From positions 33,073 to 97,072 of IMG/VR virus record IMGVR_UViG_3300003086_000114: a stretch of DNA of 64,000 nucleotides; one strand, given 5' to 3'. The notes beneath the pieces were generated by a model. The model ran no database searches. It was not told where the DNA came from and saw only the letters and a program-made list of their open reading frames with translations. Of this stretch, positions 9,703 to 19,860 are shown in pieces (the first letter of the stretch is position 1; each line of letters starts with the position of its first letter). This stretch comes from a virus. Its lineage: Duplodnaviria > Caudoviricetes. The position numbers and the translations under genes were made by a program.

Positions 9703-11111
9703 GGCTAAGGGAATTCATATTACTAGAGTATAAAAGAGATAAGACTGCTCAGAACCTCGGTCATAAGTTAGTAGTTAGGCTACGAGACGATATGTCTTTT
9801 ATAAGAATACATCAGTACAACCAGCCAGAATTAGCGGATTACTATAATAGTAAACGACGCAATGCGGCAAACGTGCCTCAAGACCCAACAGAAAATCCAG
9901 CACTAGTGTCAAAAATAGTTAATGATGCATTAAGTGGATTAGAAGAAATAGACCCTAGTCCAAATAAACAATACGTACAATGGTTAGCCTTACGCTACTT
10001 AGATGGCACATTTAGACTATGGGAAGATGCAATAGGCGGGCATATTGTTGAAGTACTTCAACAGTTCCACGAATTGAAGCAACGCCAACAGCTACCCCCA
10101 GAACTAGCCGATATCAATAGAGTCAAAGGACGTGACAAGTTGGGACTCTTTGCATCAGATGTTAGAGATTTGTACGACGACTTCAAAAAAGCAAAAGGCG
10201 AAGATGAAGAAAAAGCACAATTAGCTAAAGGCGATGCTAACGAAGTCTTTAGTGACGGACACGTTAGAGTAATTGTTCCAGAAGATAAACAAGCGGCTTG
10301 CTATTACGGACAAGGCACACAGTGGTGTACAGCGGCAACGCAAGGTGCTAACTACTTTGGTGAATACAACCATGACGGCAATTTGTACATACTACTTCCG
10401 ACTAAGCCACAATACGATGGTGAGAAGTATCAACTGCATTTTGCTAGTGGACAATACATGGATGAAACAGACACTCCACAAGATCTCCATAGCATATTAG
10501 ACGGTCGTTTTCGTGACTCGGGATTACTTGAGTTCTTCCGTAAAAAAGAACCAACAGTAAACAATCTTATACAGTTTGCTCCAGAAGGACTGCTAATGGA
10601 TGTAATTCAAAAAATTAATGAGTACGTGAAGTATGAGGTAGTAGGTGAAATGGTATCAAGATGGGAGGCGGACGATGATTACTTTTACACTTGGTTAACG
10701 GACGAAGGATATGTAACCGATGACGAAGTGTCAGATGATGCACCAAGCTATGCAGAATACAACGATGAAGTAGGCGACTTTGAAGCAACAATTCAAAACT
10801 TAGTTGACTTAAACAAAGATGAGTTAGATGACATAAGTGCAGAATATACTGCAGAAACGGAATCAACAACAGTAATAAAAGATATTGCTGAACTCATTGC
10901 ATGGCACCTAAAAGATGAAGCTGGAAGGTACGAGTTTGACAGTGCAATTGAAAGTGTAGCTGAAGATATAGAGAAACACCTTGTAGTAAAAGTACAATGG
11001 GGTGGCGACGGTCAACCATCAGGGTTCCAACTAATATACGGATGGATGACTATAGAAGACGGCAGAAACAAATGGAACGAGCGAGTTCACGCTGAGAAGA
11101 GTTACACATGA
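9699..11111 (+). CDS. GTQWCTA-motif (PcfJ-related) protein with leader MRLREFILLE
   Basis: DPSPNKQYVQW and AACYYGQGTQWCTA...EKYQLHF; paralogue of 15019-16410. Confidence 0.6.
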   Translation: MRLREFILLEYKRDKTAQNLGHKLVVRLRDDMSFIRIHQYNQPELADYYNSKRRNAANVPQDPTENPALVSKIVNDALSGLEEIDPSPNKQYVQWLALRYLDGTFRLWEDAIGGHIVEVLQQFHELKQRQQLPPELADINRVKGRDKLGLFASDVRDLYDDFKKAKGEDEEKAQLAKGDANEVFSDGHVRVIVPEDKQAACYYGQGTQWCTAATQGANYFGEYNHDGNLYILLPTKPQYDGEKYQLHFASGQYMDETDTPQDLHSILDGRFRDSGLLEFFRKKEPTVNNLIQFAPEGLLMDVIQKINEYVKYEVVGEMVSRWEADDDYFYTWLTDEGYVTDDEVSDDAPSYAEYNDEVGDFEATIQNLVDLNKDELDDISAEYTAETESTTVIKDIAELIAWHLKDEAGRYEFDSAIESVAEDIEKHLVVKVQWGGDGQPSGFQLIYGWMTIEDGRNKWNERVHAEKSYT

Positions 11112-11344
11112 GACTAGAAGAAGTAAATTATAAAACTGGAATAGCACTACTTGAAGAGTTTGTACAATCAAGTTGGATTGCAGATCTTACGTACGACGAA
11201 GATATGGGATCTGTTATAATGACAACATTAGGCGGTGGGAGTTATGAAATTCCTGACGTGCCAAAAGAAGAATACGACGCATGGATAGCCGCTGGCAGTA
11301 AAGGAAAGCATTGGTGGAGCGACATAAAAGGAATTTACACATGA
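11108..11344 (+). CDS. KTSC domain protein with leader MRLEEV...LLEE
   Basis: SSWIADLTYD...GGSYEIPDVPKEEYDAWIAAGSKGKHW matches the KTSC pattern (SS.I..i.Yd...G..Y.Y..VP...y..l..A.S.G). Confidence 0.8.
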   Translation: MRLEEVNYKTGIALLEEFVQSSWIADLTYDEDMGSVIMTTLGGGSYEIPDVPKEEYDAWIAAGSKGKHWWSDIKGIYT

Positions 11345-14300
11345 ATCTTACAGAACGATTAAACAAAGAACTAAACAAATTATCAAACGTATTAGTAGAA
11401 ACTAGAACTCCTAACCAAATACTACTTGAGTTAAACGTAATTAACGCAGATGCTATTGATGTATTCTTAAATAGTATTGCTGAAAACTTACCAAGTGACG
11501 CACTAAAGAAGTGGCTTACATCAAGAGCTAAAAAGTACTTAATTAACAGTGAAGAAGATAATTCAGTTATTACACAGTTTAGTAATAAAGCTGAGCCGTG
11601 GATGAAAGCTAGACAGAAAGAAGGTGTAGCACTATACAGATTCAATCCAAGTACAACACTAAACAATAAACTTACACACATTGTAGATTGGCTAAAGGCC
11701 GCAAATGATACAGCAACCGGTATAACACCAGCAGACCAACAGTCAGTTACACGTGCAAAGAAAACACTCAAAGGTATAAACAACGTATCTATTACACAAG
11801 CGTTTGAGCATGCTGAGCTCTGGGTTAAAGAACTTAACTCAAAAGGTAGCAGTGAATTAGTTAGAGCGGCAGATGAAACTGGTCTAGTACCAGTATTAGC
11901 ACATGGTGAATTTAAATGGTACAGACTAACGGACCAAGAATGCTTATCCCGTGAAGGTGATGTAATGGGTCACTGTGTTGCTAGTTACGGCAATGATGTT
12001 AAAAAAGGCGATACAGTTATATACAGTCTTAGAGATAGACAGAATTATCCACACGTTACATTAGAAGTAAGAAGTGGGCAGTTAGAACAAGTAAAAGGCA
12101 AGCAAAACAGACCACCAGTAGAAAAGTACGAACGTGCTACTATTGAAATGTTGAACTCATTAGATGTAGAACCAAATAGAACTGGTATGAGCGACATTAA
12201 AGGTATGAACCTGTTGTACAATTCTGCCAATCACAGATATGGACATTTAAGAGATGTAGCAACTGCTATAACTACCATTGACGGTAAACTTAACATATTA
12301 GCAAATAGCGGATCAGGTCCTAGAAGTGGCACATCATACTACGGCTACGTTGGAGATAACGAAGTCTTTAGTATAGACTGGGACGGTTATGAGTACGAAC
12401 TTGGAACTAAGAACGAACCAGGTATTGCTGAAGTTAATATTGAAGGTGCAAAATACGCAGACAATCAGTACAAAATAGCAAAAGTAATTTCAATGCTGTC
12501 TACACAGCTAATGGATCCCGATACTGGAGAATTTGCGAATTGGAGTAGATATAATGCAGGTCGTCAAGGGTTAGGTGATTACCTTATATCATCTGAGAAT
12601 AATGATAGTCTTATTATGTACGAAGACCAAGGTGAAGAACTGTATGATGATCGTTCTGGCAATACACTACGAAAAGGCAGTAACATAACAACTAAAAGTT
12701 CATGGAGTTCAGATACCGGACCTATGATCATACATATAAAGAACGGTAAGTTAAAAGATAAAGTAAGTTACATTGAAGAAAATGGCAAGGAAATATGGAA
12801 AGCAGGTAGCTATTCAATAAGTGATGATTCATCAACAGTATTCGTTAACTACATTAATTCATTAAACCCAGACGCTAGACCTTACCTTGCTGATTATGGT
12901 ATCTACCAAAATGTAGACAATCGCTCAGCATCAGAAACAATTTCAAAGGTAGCGAAACCGTTAGCAAAGTCTAGAAAGGTTGCACTGTATCATACAACAA
13001 GTCCTAGTATATATAGCACTCCAGAGCAAACAAAACGTTATGTTGTAGCACTAGAAAATCAACAACTCATCAACATAAATTACGGTGATGATGCTAGCGC
13101 CGGTACTGACTTTAGACTTGATTGGCCAGATGAACAAACTGTTACAGATGTCGCCAAGCATATAGTAACTGTTCTCAATAAGGTGAACTTAGGTGAGAAA
13201 TTCCCGTTCAATGATGCAGGTAAGGTATCAGCAATGGAATCTGTAGGTATTTACTTCAGTAGAGATAAACGAATATTCACTACAGACCATAGTGTAGCTG
13301 GTGAGCACTACGAACACGAAGACAAGAACTTTACTGCAATCAGAACGCACAACCATTTAAAAATATATAACGAAGGTATTGAGCTTGCACAGTTTGGACT
13401 ACAAACAGCTTACAGAGACGGCAAGACAATAGCAACAATTACAGAGTTCACAGTTAAAGATCGTTTACAGTTACTAAATAATCTAAGGAAAGTAGCTGAC
13501 ACATTAAACAGCTATAACGTACTAAGAGATAAAGACGGGTACGGATCACAAGAAAGAGCGAACAAGGCAATGACTGCTATTGGCTTTAAGTATGGTCCCG
13601 CAAAAGGTTGGACTGGTATGAAGACTTCGCCAACATCAGAATCAACCGGCGAAGCTGAAGGTACACCATACGAAGTCTTTAAGTTCAGAAAAGAATACTT
13701 ACTTAAGAATTCAGAAACAGGTAATTTAATAGCTACCCTGCCAACAGTTAAAGAAAGCGGATACGACAAAGATGTACTCTATAATATCGAAATGGAGTCA
13801 ATTAAAGGCAGTGCAATTGATATAGTTGCTCAAGTCATAATGGACTTATCAGAAAAAGGTGAGATACACCTAAGACTAAACGATGACGAAGAAGACTTAA
13901 AGTTCAAAATGAAAGACAAAGGCTTCTTCGTGTCAGGCGGAAAATTAGAAAAGATATCAGACGTACATCCAACTAGTGTTGTGTCAAAAGGACCAGGTGG
14001 TACCTGGGTAGAAGAAGCATATACTACAGCAGTAGATGAAAAGATACATAACATGCAGGAGAAAGCTGACACCGGCGGATACACAACACGAGATCAGAAC
14101 CCTGTGAGCAAGTACCATAGAGGCAGAATGGCCGCAACAGGCGAGCAGTACACGCTATATAACAATAAAAAACCAGTTTTAAGAGTTATAGCAAGAAATC
14201 AAGATATTCAAATAATCTACAGCATCAATAATAGTACAGCCAAGTACGATAAAGAGAGTGTAGCTGTTGGTGTCGAAACTAACAGAGATTTATTAATGTC

Positions 14301-14682
14301 AATACATAAAAAGACATTAGACAGATTAGTAAAGAAATTGAACTTGAATGCAGGCAAGTACCTAACAGACATGGGCTTGTATGTAGCTAAAGGCAAGCTT
14401 TCAAGCATAGCTGATAATCCAAAGCTTAAAGGCTTTATGGATGGTGAGATTGTATACGAAGATGGACATAAGTGGAAAAAATCTAGATTCAATAAATGGG
14501 TATTATCAATGCCTAATGAACAAGGACGCGAAGTGGACCTTATAACAGTAGAAGTCAACGAGGGCGGTATTGAAGAGATTAGATTTAGAGATAGAAAAGT
14601 TAAACGACAAACTAAACTATACAGAGCGTTTCTTAACGATATGATGGATATCAGTGACGAACTATACGGACTAGATGAATGA
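11341..14682 (+). CDS. Large (~1113 aa) protein with PcfJ-like domain
   Basis: LSREGDVMGHCVASY...IYSLRD...PHVTLEV...QVKGKQN. ATG 11341 overlaps the upstream stop (ATGA) and is preferred to 11311. Confidence 0.7.
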   Translation: MNLTERLNKELNKLSNVLVETRTPNQILLELNVINADAIDVFLNSIAENLPSDALKKWLTSRAKKYLINSEEDNSVITQFSNKAEPWMKARQKEGVALYRFNPSTTLNNKLTHIVDWLKAANDTATGITPADQQSVTRAKKTLKGINNVSITQAFEHAELWVKELNSKGSSELVRAADETGLVPVLAHGEFKWYRLTDQECLSREGDVMGHCVASYGNDVKKGDTVIYSLRDRQNYPHVTLEVRSGQLEQVKGKQNRPPVEKYERATIEMLNSLDVEPNRTGMSDIKGMNLLYNSANHRYGHLRDVATAITTIDGKLNILANSGSGPRSGTSYYGYVGDNEVFSIDWDGYEYELGTKNEPGIAEVNIEGAKYADNQYKIAKVISMLSTQLMDPDTGEFANWSRYNAGRQGLGDYLISSENNDSLIMYEDQGEELYDDRSGNTLRKGSNITTKSSWSSDTGPMIIHIKNGKLKDKVSYIEENGKEIWKAGSYSISDDSSTVFVNYINSLNPDARPYLADYGIYQNVDNRSASETISKVAKPLAKSRKVALYHTTSPSIYSTPEQTKRYVVALENQQLININYGDDASAGTDFRLDWPDEQTVTDVAKHIVTVLNKVNLGEKFPFNDAGKVSAMESVGIYFSRDKRIFTTDHSVAGEHYEHEDKNFTAIRTHNHLKIYNEGIELAQFGLQTAYRDGKTIATITEFTVKDRLQLLNNLRKVADTLNSYNVLRDKDGYGSQERANKAMTAIGFKYGPAKGWTGMKTSPTSESTGEAEGTPYEVFKFRKEYLLKNSETGNLIATLPTVKESGYDKDVLYNIEMESIKGSAIDIVAQVIMDLSEKGEIHLRLNDDEEDLKFKMKDKGFFVSGGKLEKISDVHPTSVVSKGPGGTWVEEAYTTAVDEKIHNMQEKADTGGYTTRDQNPVSKYHRGRMAATGEQYTLYNNKKPVLRVIARNQDIQIIYSINNSTAKYDKESVAVGVETNRDLLMSIHKKTLDRLVKKLNLNAGKYLTDMGLYVAKGKLSSIADNPKLKGFMDGEIVYEDGHKWKKSRFNKWVLSMPNEQGREVDLITVEVNEGGIEEIRFRDRKVKRQTKLYRAFLNDMMDISDELYGLDE

Positions 14683-15029
14683 GATTTAGAGAACTACTAA
14701 CAGAATCAACTGAAATAGAGTTCGTCTGTGCTAACCCAGATTATTGCGATGCTACTTCTCCCAAAAGACAACGTAGTCTATTTAAAGCATTAAAAAGTGT
14801 TCCTGGAGTAGTTGTATATAAACAAGACTTTGGTGCTGGAGAAGTTAGCATGGCAGTAATACTAAAATCGTCTGCTAATAAACACACAGTAAACCAAATA
14901 AACCAAATAGCATCAGACAACGGTGTTGCAATTGACCTTACATCTGCTGTAAGTGATATGTTCGTCGACAGTATATATACTGGTGATTTAGAAAATTTAG
15001 CAGATTGGTACGATAGCGATGAGATTTAG
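14679..15029 (+). CDS. Hypothetical protein with leader MRFRELLTE
   Basis: ORF track; ATGA overlap; leader motif. Confidence 0.65.
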   Translation: MRFRELLTESTEIEFVCANPDYCDATSPKRQRSLFKALKSVPGVVVYKQDFGAGEVSMAVILKSSANKHTVNQINQIASDNGVAIDLTSAVSDMFVDSIYTGDLENLADWYDSDEI

Positions 15030-16410
15030 AGAACTACTAGAATACAAAAGAGATAAAACTGCTACCAACTTAGGTGAACAGTTAATTAACACGATAGTGC
15101 AATCTGTACAAAGTCCGATTGGCAACACTAGTCAAACACTGCAACGTATTATTCCAGGAATAACTTACTTTTCTCCTAGTTCGAGACCAGATGATGCAGA
15201 ATTGCAAGAAATCCATGCGACACTAGGCGCTCATATACATAACGTATTACAGTTCTTTGAAGATGCTGACCCTACACCAAACAAGCAATACACTGAATGG
15301 ATTATTAGACGATACATAGACGGTGGCATTAGATACTTAGAAGATGTGGATAGCACAGTAGCAGAGAACTTAGCAATATATCACGAACTTAAAACGCGCA
15401 GAATGATACCACCTGAGTTAATGGATATCGGCAAAATTAAAGGTGATACTGGTAATAACAGTGTAGCAAGATTCTTCCGTAATGTATATAACATATACAG
15501 AGATCTACCAGAGCAACAAGAGAAGATAGACAAAGGTTCATCTAAAGAAGTCTACGAAGATGATGAAATAAGAATAGTACATCCAGCAGATCAAAAAGCG
15601 GCTTGTTATTACGGGCAAGGAACACAATGGTGTACTGCTAGTACTAAGTCACGTAACTACTTCAAAGATTATAACGATGATGGTGCATTGTATATTATAT
15701 TACCAAAGAAGCCAGGTCACAGAGGCGAGAAGTACCAACTGCATTTTGAGACTGACTCATACATGAATGAGAACGATGTGGGTGTGCCGTTATATTCTTT
15801 AATAAAAAGGTGGCCTCAACTACACAAAATATTTAAAGGAAATATATTTAATGCATATCGTGGTGATGAGGATATCCCAACAGGTAATCCATCTATACTA
15901 TTAGCAGAACCAGAGACTTTAGAGAATTGGTTAGACATTACAGCAGACAAGATAGTACCAAAGATTGAGAAAGAGCTAGCAAGCCCAACAAGTGTTTATA
16001 ATTGGTTAGATTTGTCTCAGATAGAAGATAGTATACAAAGCGGTCTTGATAGCCCGGACTTAACTAAAGACCAAAAATTCACAATGGAGAAAAAGTTAGA
16101 TGGATTGTATAGCATTATTAATCACATCTCAGAAAATAAACAAAATACTACTAACGTAATTTATCCTCTAATTGACGACTTAGACGAACTTGAAAAGTCA
16201 TTAAAAAATCATGGCGATGCAACAAGTACTATGATAAACAATATTCCTAGAATGTTCCCTGGTATGGATACTATGATGAATGACATAGGTGATAGATATG
16301 TAACTAGCGATCTTAGAATTAAAGTTATGAATAAGGTGTGGTACGCTCTTACTAGAGAACTAAACCCTTACTTTGCTAACGCATGGGATCCATTATCTAA
16401 GTATCGTTAG
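15019..16410 (+). CDS. GTQWCTA-motif (PcfJ-related) protein with leader MRFRELLE
   Basis: DPTPNKQYTEW, AACYYGQGTQWCTA and EKYQLHF; paralogue of 9699-11111. Confidence 0.6.
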   Translation: MRFRELLEYKRDKTATNLGEQLINTIVQSVQSPIGNTSQTLQRIIPGITYFSPSSRPDDAELQEIHATLGAHIHNVLQFFEDADPTPNKQYTEWIIRRYIDGGIRYLEDVDSTVAENLAIYHELKTRRMIPPELMDIGKIKGDTGNNSVARFFRNVYNIYRDLPEQQEKIDKGSSKEVYEDDEIRIVHPADQKAACYYGQGTQWCTASTKSRNYFKDYNDDGALYIILPKKPGHRGEKYQLHFETDSYMNENDVGVPLYSLIKRWPQLHKIFKGNIFNAYRGDEDIPTGNPSILLAEPETLENWLDITADKIVPKIEKELASPTSVYNWLDLSQIEDSIQSGLDSPDLTKDQKFTMEKKLDGLYSIINHISENKQNTTNVIYPLIDDLDELEKSLKNHGDATSTMINNIPRMFPGMDTMMNDIGDRYVTSDLRIKVMNKVWYALTRELNPYFANAWDPLSKYR

Positions 16411-16442
16411 TAGCAATAAACAGTTATGATTGATTGCACTCG

Positions 16443-16449
16443 ATAAATA
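16443..16449 (+). promoter_or_regulatory. Late-promoter-like ATAAATA
   Basis: Lies 7 nt before ATG 16457, with no Shine-Dalgarno in between. Confidence 0.5.
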
Positions 16450-16456
16450 ATTTTAT

Positions 16457-17386
16457 ATGAAAATTATTTTTAGAGAATCATCAGGTAATGTAATAATCAA
16501 CAACCAACTTTGGTCCATTAACGATCATTGTGTAGAACTCAATATACCGCATAAATGGCAACTACTTGAGTTTCAAAGCGATAGTTATATAAAAATTCTA
16601 AATGTAGAACTAGATGGACAAAAGATCGATTACCTGTTGTACATTATGTTTGACGATGACAAAAGATGCACGTTCGGAGATATATCCAAAGGAACAACTC
16701 AATATCTGCCTATCCATCCAAACTATGCTATTTTTAGATCCACTGTGTGTCAACAGTTACCTAACGGGTGGTACGGTAAACAGATCTATGAACATTTTGA
16801 ATTCTGTATAGACAGACCTGTTACATTTTCGTCTACGCAACCCAAACATATTCAGGATTATTTTGCAATGGACACAGGAGCACATTGGATCAAAAAATAT
16901 CACAAAGATAGTAGTTGGTTTTTCAATGAAACACACGATGTTGCTCAAGTCAAACAGTCAATCGATCTTAGCCTGTTTGAAATTGATGCCGCAGGCGGAG
17001 ATACTAACAGTGGATGGACTATGCGTACCTTAAAAGGTGTAAGCATAGACAAATTAAAGCCGATGGGTTTGACATTTTTTTATGATTTGGCCGTGAAACA
17101 CAAATTTATTAGAATTCCAACACTTAGTTGCAACACACTAGAGCCCGGAGGTCATATTGGCATACACATAGATCGTGGTCCAGATAAACCCCTTAGGAAA
17201 AAAATATATCTCAGTCTTGACCCCAGCGATGATGTATATTTTAAATTCAGCACAACAGGTCTAGTGCCGATGAACACACAAAAAAGCATGTGGTTAAACA
17301 CAGATGGACATGTTCATGCTGTGGTTAATGACAGCACAACGTCAAGACAGGTTATCAGTATATGTGGCGATGCTGATTGGACTTAA
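16457..17386 (+). CDS. Protein with C-terminal AspH-like 2OG-Fe(II) oxygenase (DSBH) domain
   Basis: LEPGGHIGIHID (HxD)...WLNTDGHVHAVVN...R. Confidence 0.7.
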   Translation: MKIIFRESSGNVIINNQLWSINDHCVELNIPHKWQLLEFQSDSYIKILNVELDGQKIDYLLYIMFDDDKRCTFGDISKGTTQYLPIHPNYAIFRSTVCQQLPNGWYGKQIYEHFEFCIDRPVTFSSTQPKHIQDYFAMDTGAHWIKKYHKDSSWFFNETHDVAQVKQSIDLSLFEIDAAGGDTNSGWTMRTLKGVSIDKLKPMGLTFFYDLAVKHKFIRIPTLSCNTLEPGGHIGIHIDRGPDKPLRKKIYLSLDPSDDVYFKFSTTGLVPMNTQKSMWLNTDGHVHAVVNDSTTSRQVISICGDADWT

Positions 17387-17545
17387 TATAATCATATCAT
17401 AATTAATTAATAAATAATGGCACAACGCCACGATTATGTGACGCCGGAATAAACTTGGACGCTTTGGTTAATTTAACCATTTATCGAATCAGTAACGCCC
17501 TTCCGTACGATACAGTTCTGTATCTAGTATTAACCAGGAAAAATA

Positions 17546-18181
17546 ATGGATAATATAAACATATTGGATAATCGATGGGACGATGCTAGGGTACAGAGGG
17601 GTTTAGATAAGAAGCCTATACAAACCGACTATGAGTACATAGGACGGATGGAAGTAGACTTTGAAAAAATCAAATCTGACTTAATAGATCATGATTGGCT
17701 TAGAACCGATTGGTACGGGATGAACTGGAGAGTCAAAGCCCAACAGGAACAAACAGCGTTCCCTAGAAACGAAAGCACTAAGTACGTTGACAAGAAACAG
17801 GTCGTGTTCACCGAACTACCAAGCGAAATCTGCAAGAAACCCTACGAACCATTTGACAAACTAGCTAAGGATCTTGGCGTGTACATGCCCGAAGAATACA
17901 AAGACACAGAATACTCTCTAGTTAAAATAAACAGACAGATGCCCGGCGACGTGCTATGGATGCATTATGATTTTATGGCAGATTCTGATTGGGTCAAGTA
18001 TTTGGTTTTTTTAAATGATTGGGCTCCAGGTCAAGTTTCGTTATGGGGCGAAGAGGCTATAGTTGGTTGGAAGAGTGGTGACTGCTACAAAGTAGATGTC
18101 TTAACTACTCCACACGGCGCTGTAAATTGTGGCCCGGAAGAACGTTGGTTAGCAACAGTCAGAGGGAAATCGATCAACTGA
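17546..18181 (+). CDS. 2OG-Fe(II) oxygenase-like DSBH protein
   Basis: QMPGDVLWMHYD...LNDWAPGQ...WKSGD...PHGAVNCGPEER. Confidence 0.7.
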   Translation: MDNINILDNRWDDARVQRGLDKKPIQTDYEYIGRMEVDFEKIKSDLIDHDWLRTDWYGMNWRVKAQQEQTAFPRNESTKYVDKKQVVFTELPSEICKKPYEPFDKLAKDLGVYMPEEYKDTEYSLVKINRQMPGDVLWMHYDFMADSDWVKYLVFLNDWAPGQVSLWGEEAIVGWKSGDCYKVDVLTTPHGAVNCGPEERWLATVRGKSIN

Positions 18182-18328
18182 TCGTTTATAACTCAAAACA
18201 ACAAAATTTATTAATTTATTAATTTAATAGCAATTAGTATGTATACTACTTGTCAAGCAACGCGAAGAATACACCTGCTTCGTTTTGTTTTTAACTTTTA
18301 ACAGGTGGAAAAAAGGAGATATTATCTT

Positions 18329-19246
18329 ATGAAAAAGATAACCGGATTAGTTGCAATTGGGTTCGCCACAGCACTAACAACAGTAACAGCAGGAAATTGG
18401 TTCACAGATGGGTTTGACTGGAACAATTCCAGCAAAGATATGGATATAATTGTTAATGGATCTTTAACAGGGTCTACAAACGCAATTGCACAACTTATTG
18501 CTAAGGATAGCCAATCTGGTACATTCCCTGGTATTAAGTTAACTGCTGTAGCACCAGGAAACGCTTGTAAGGGTTTCGCGCTAATTAAGCAGAGACCAGC
18601 TGATGAAACGTTTGTAACTTACTATGAGAACTACTATCAATTAGTTGCTAAACAAAAAAATGATGCATCTTGTCCGTATATCAGTTTTGAAAATGCAACA
18701 CCGATCGTTTCTTATGTACAATCATTGTACTTAATAACTAACGAAAAAACATTAGCAGACTTTGGTAAGCAGAAACTAAAGATTGGTTATTCGGGTACTG
18801 GACCTGAAAAAGATTGGCACGATAAACTTACTCAAAATTTCGGCCAGGATCATACTTTTGTAGCATATTCAGGTACTGGTAATCTGAGATCAGGAATGGC
18901 ATCGGGTGAAGTTGATGCTATTTGGACAACATATAGACACTTTTTGAAATTAAAAGATCAAAAAGACCAGTATACAATTGTTATGCGAACCTTAGATACG
19001 TTAGATGTTGATGCGCCGATCCTAGCGGAATACTTCAATGACACATCATTATCAAGAGCATTCTTGAGTGGCTGGTACGTGTTCAACGATGACGGTACTG
19101 CTAAAACGATTTCAGATAAGTTAGCAAGCGATGTTAAGAATAACACTGGTGAATTTGGCAAATACGCTAACACTAAGAAACTTATCTTAACTTTCGATCA
19201 ACCGACGCAAAAGGAAATGGAAAAGAACCTTAGCTGGGACCAATAA
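18329..19246 (+). CDS. tctC: TctC/Bug-like periplasmic substrate-binding protein
   Basis: Signal peptide (MKKITGLVAIG...), GSLTGSTNAIAQ, VAPGN, IGYSGTG, VAYSGTG...GEVDA; adjacent TctA. Start 18329 follows AAGGAG. Confidence 0.65.
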   Translation: MKKITGLVAIGFATALTTVTAGNWFTDGFDWNNSSKDMDIIVNGSLTGSTNAIAQLIAKDSQSGTFPGIKLTAVAPGNACKGFALIKQRPADETFVTYYENYYQLVAKQKNDASCPYISFENATPIVSYVQSLYLITNEKTLADFGKQKLKIGYSGTGPEKDWHDKLTQNFGQDHTFVAYSGTGNLRSGMASGEVDAIWTTYRHFLKLKDQKDQYTIVMRTLDTLDVDAPILAEYFNDTSLSRAFLSGWYVFNDDGTAKTISDKLASDVKNNTGEFGKYANTKKLILTFDQPTQKEMEKNLSWDQ

Positions 19247-19263
19247 ACTAGAGGACACTGCTT

Positions 19264-19791
19264 ATGCTACAAAAATCAATCGGAAACATTTTCATTGATA
19301 GAGAGACGATACATGAGCAGTGTAATCAGAGTACTGGAAAATACGAGGCGGCCACTGATATTTTATCTAGGCCGCCTTTACCAGGTTCTAATTACACTGA
19401 ATTAAATTCACACTCTTTTCGCTTCGATGAACATATAGTCAGCCCTTTAGTTGATATGGATAAACTTTGGTCTGTTACAAATGCGGATTCTACAAAACCA
19501 AGTCATATGGTTATGTATATGATGAAGCCAGCAATGTTTACTCCTTTACACGCAGATCAAATGCAAACGTACAATAAGAGCCTCAATGACGACGACATAA
19601 CACGCAGACGTAGATGGTGGATTGCAGTTGATGATTGGATGCCGGGACATATTCTTCAGCATGAAGATTGCACTGTTGCACACTATAAGTCAGGAGATGT
19701 ATTTCCTTTTGTCTTTCAAAATAAACATGTTGGAGTAAATGCAAGTCTTACAGATAGGTACTACATTATATTTGCGGCCTTAGCTAAGTAA
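19264..19791 (+). CDS. 2OG-Fe(II) oxygenase-like DSBH protein
   Basis: PLHAD...DDWMPGH...YKSGD...HVGVNASLTDR. Confidence 0.7.
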   Translation: MLQKSIGNIFIDRETIHEQCNQSTGKYEAATDILSRPPLPGSNYTELNSHSFRFDEHIVSPLVDMDKLWSVTNADSTKPSHMVMYMMKPAMFTPLHADQMQTYNKSLNDDDITRRRRWWIAVDDWMPGHILQHEDCTVAHYKSGDVFPFVFQNKHVGVNASLTDRYYIIFAALAK

Positions 19792-19793
19792 AT

Positions 19794-19837
19794 ATGTTAG
19801 TAAAATCATTATAATTGTGTAATGATTTTACTAACAT
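19794..19837. repeat. Perfect 18-bp inverted repeat (8-nt spacer) between paralogous oxygenase genes
   Basis: ATGTTAGTAAAATCATTA-taattgtg-TAATGATTTTACTAACAT. Confidence 0.85.
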
Positions 19838-19860
19838 TTTGAAACTAACACAGGAACATT

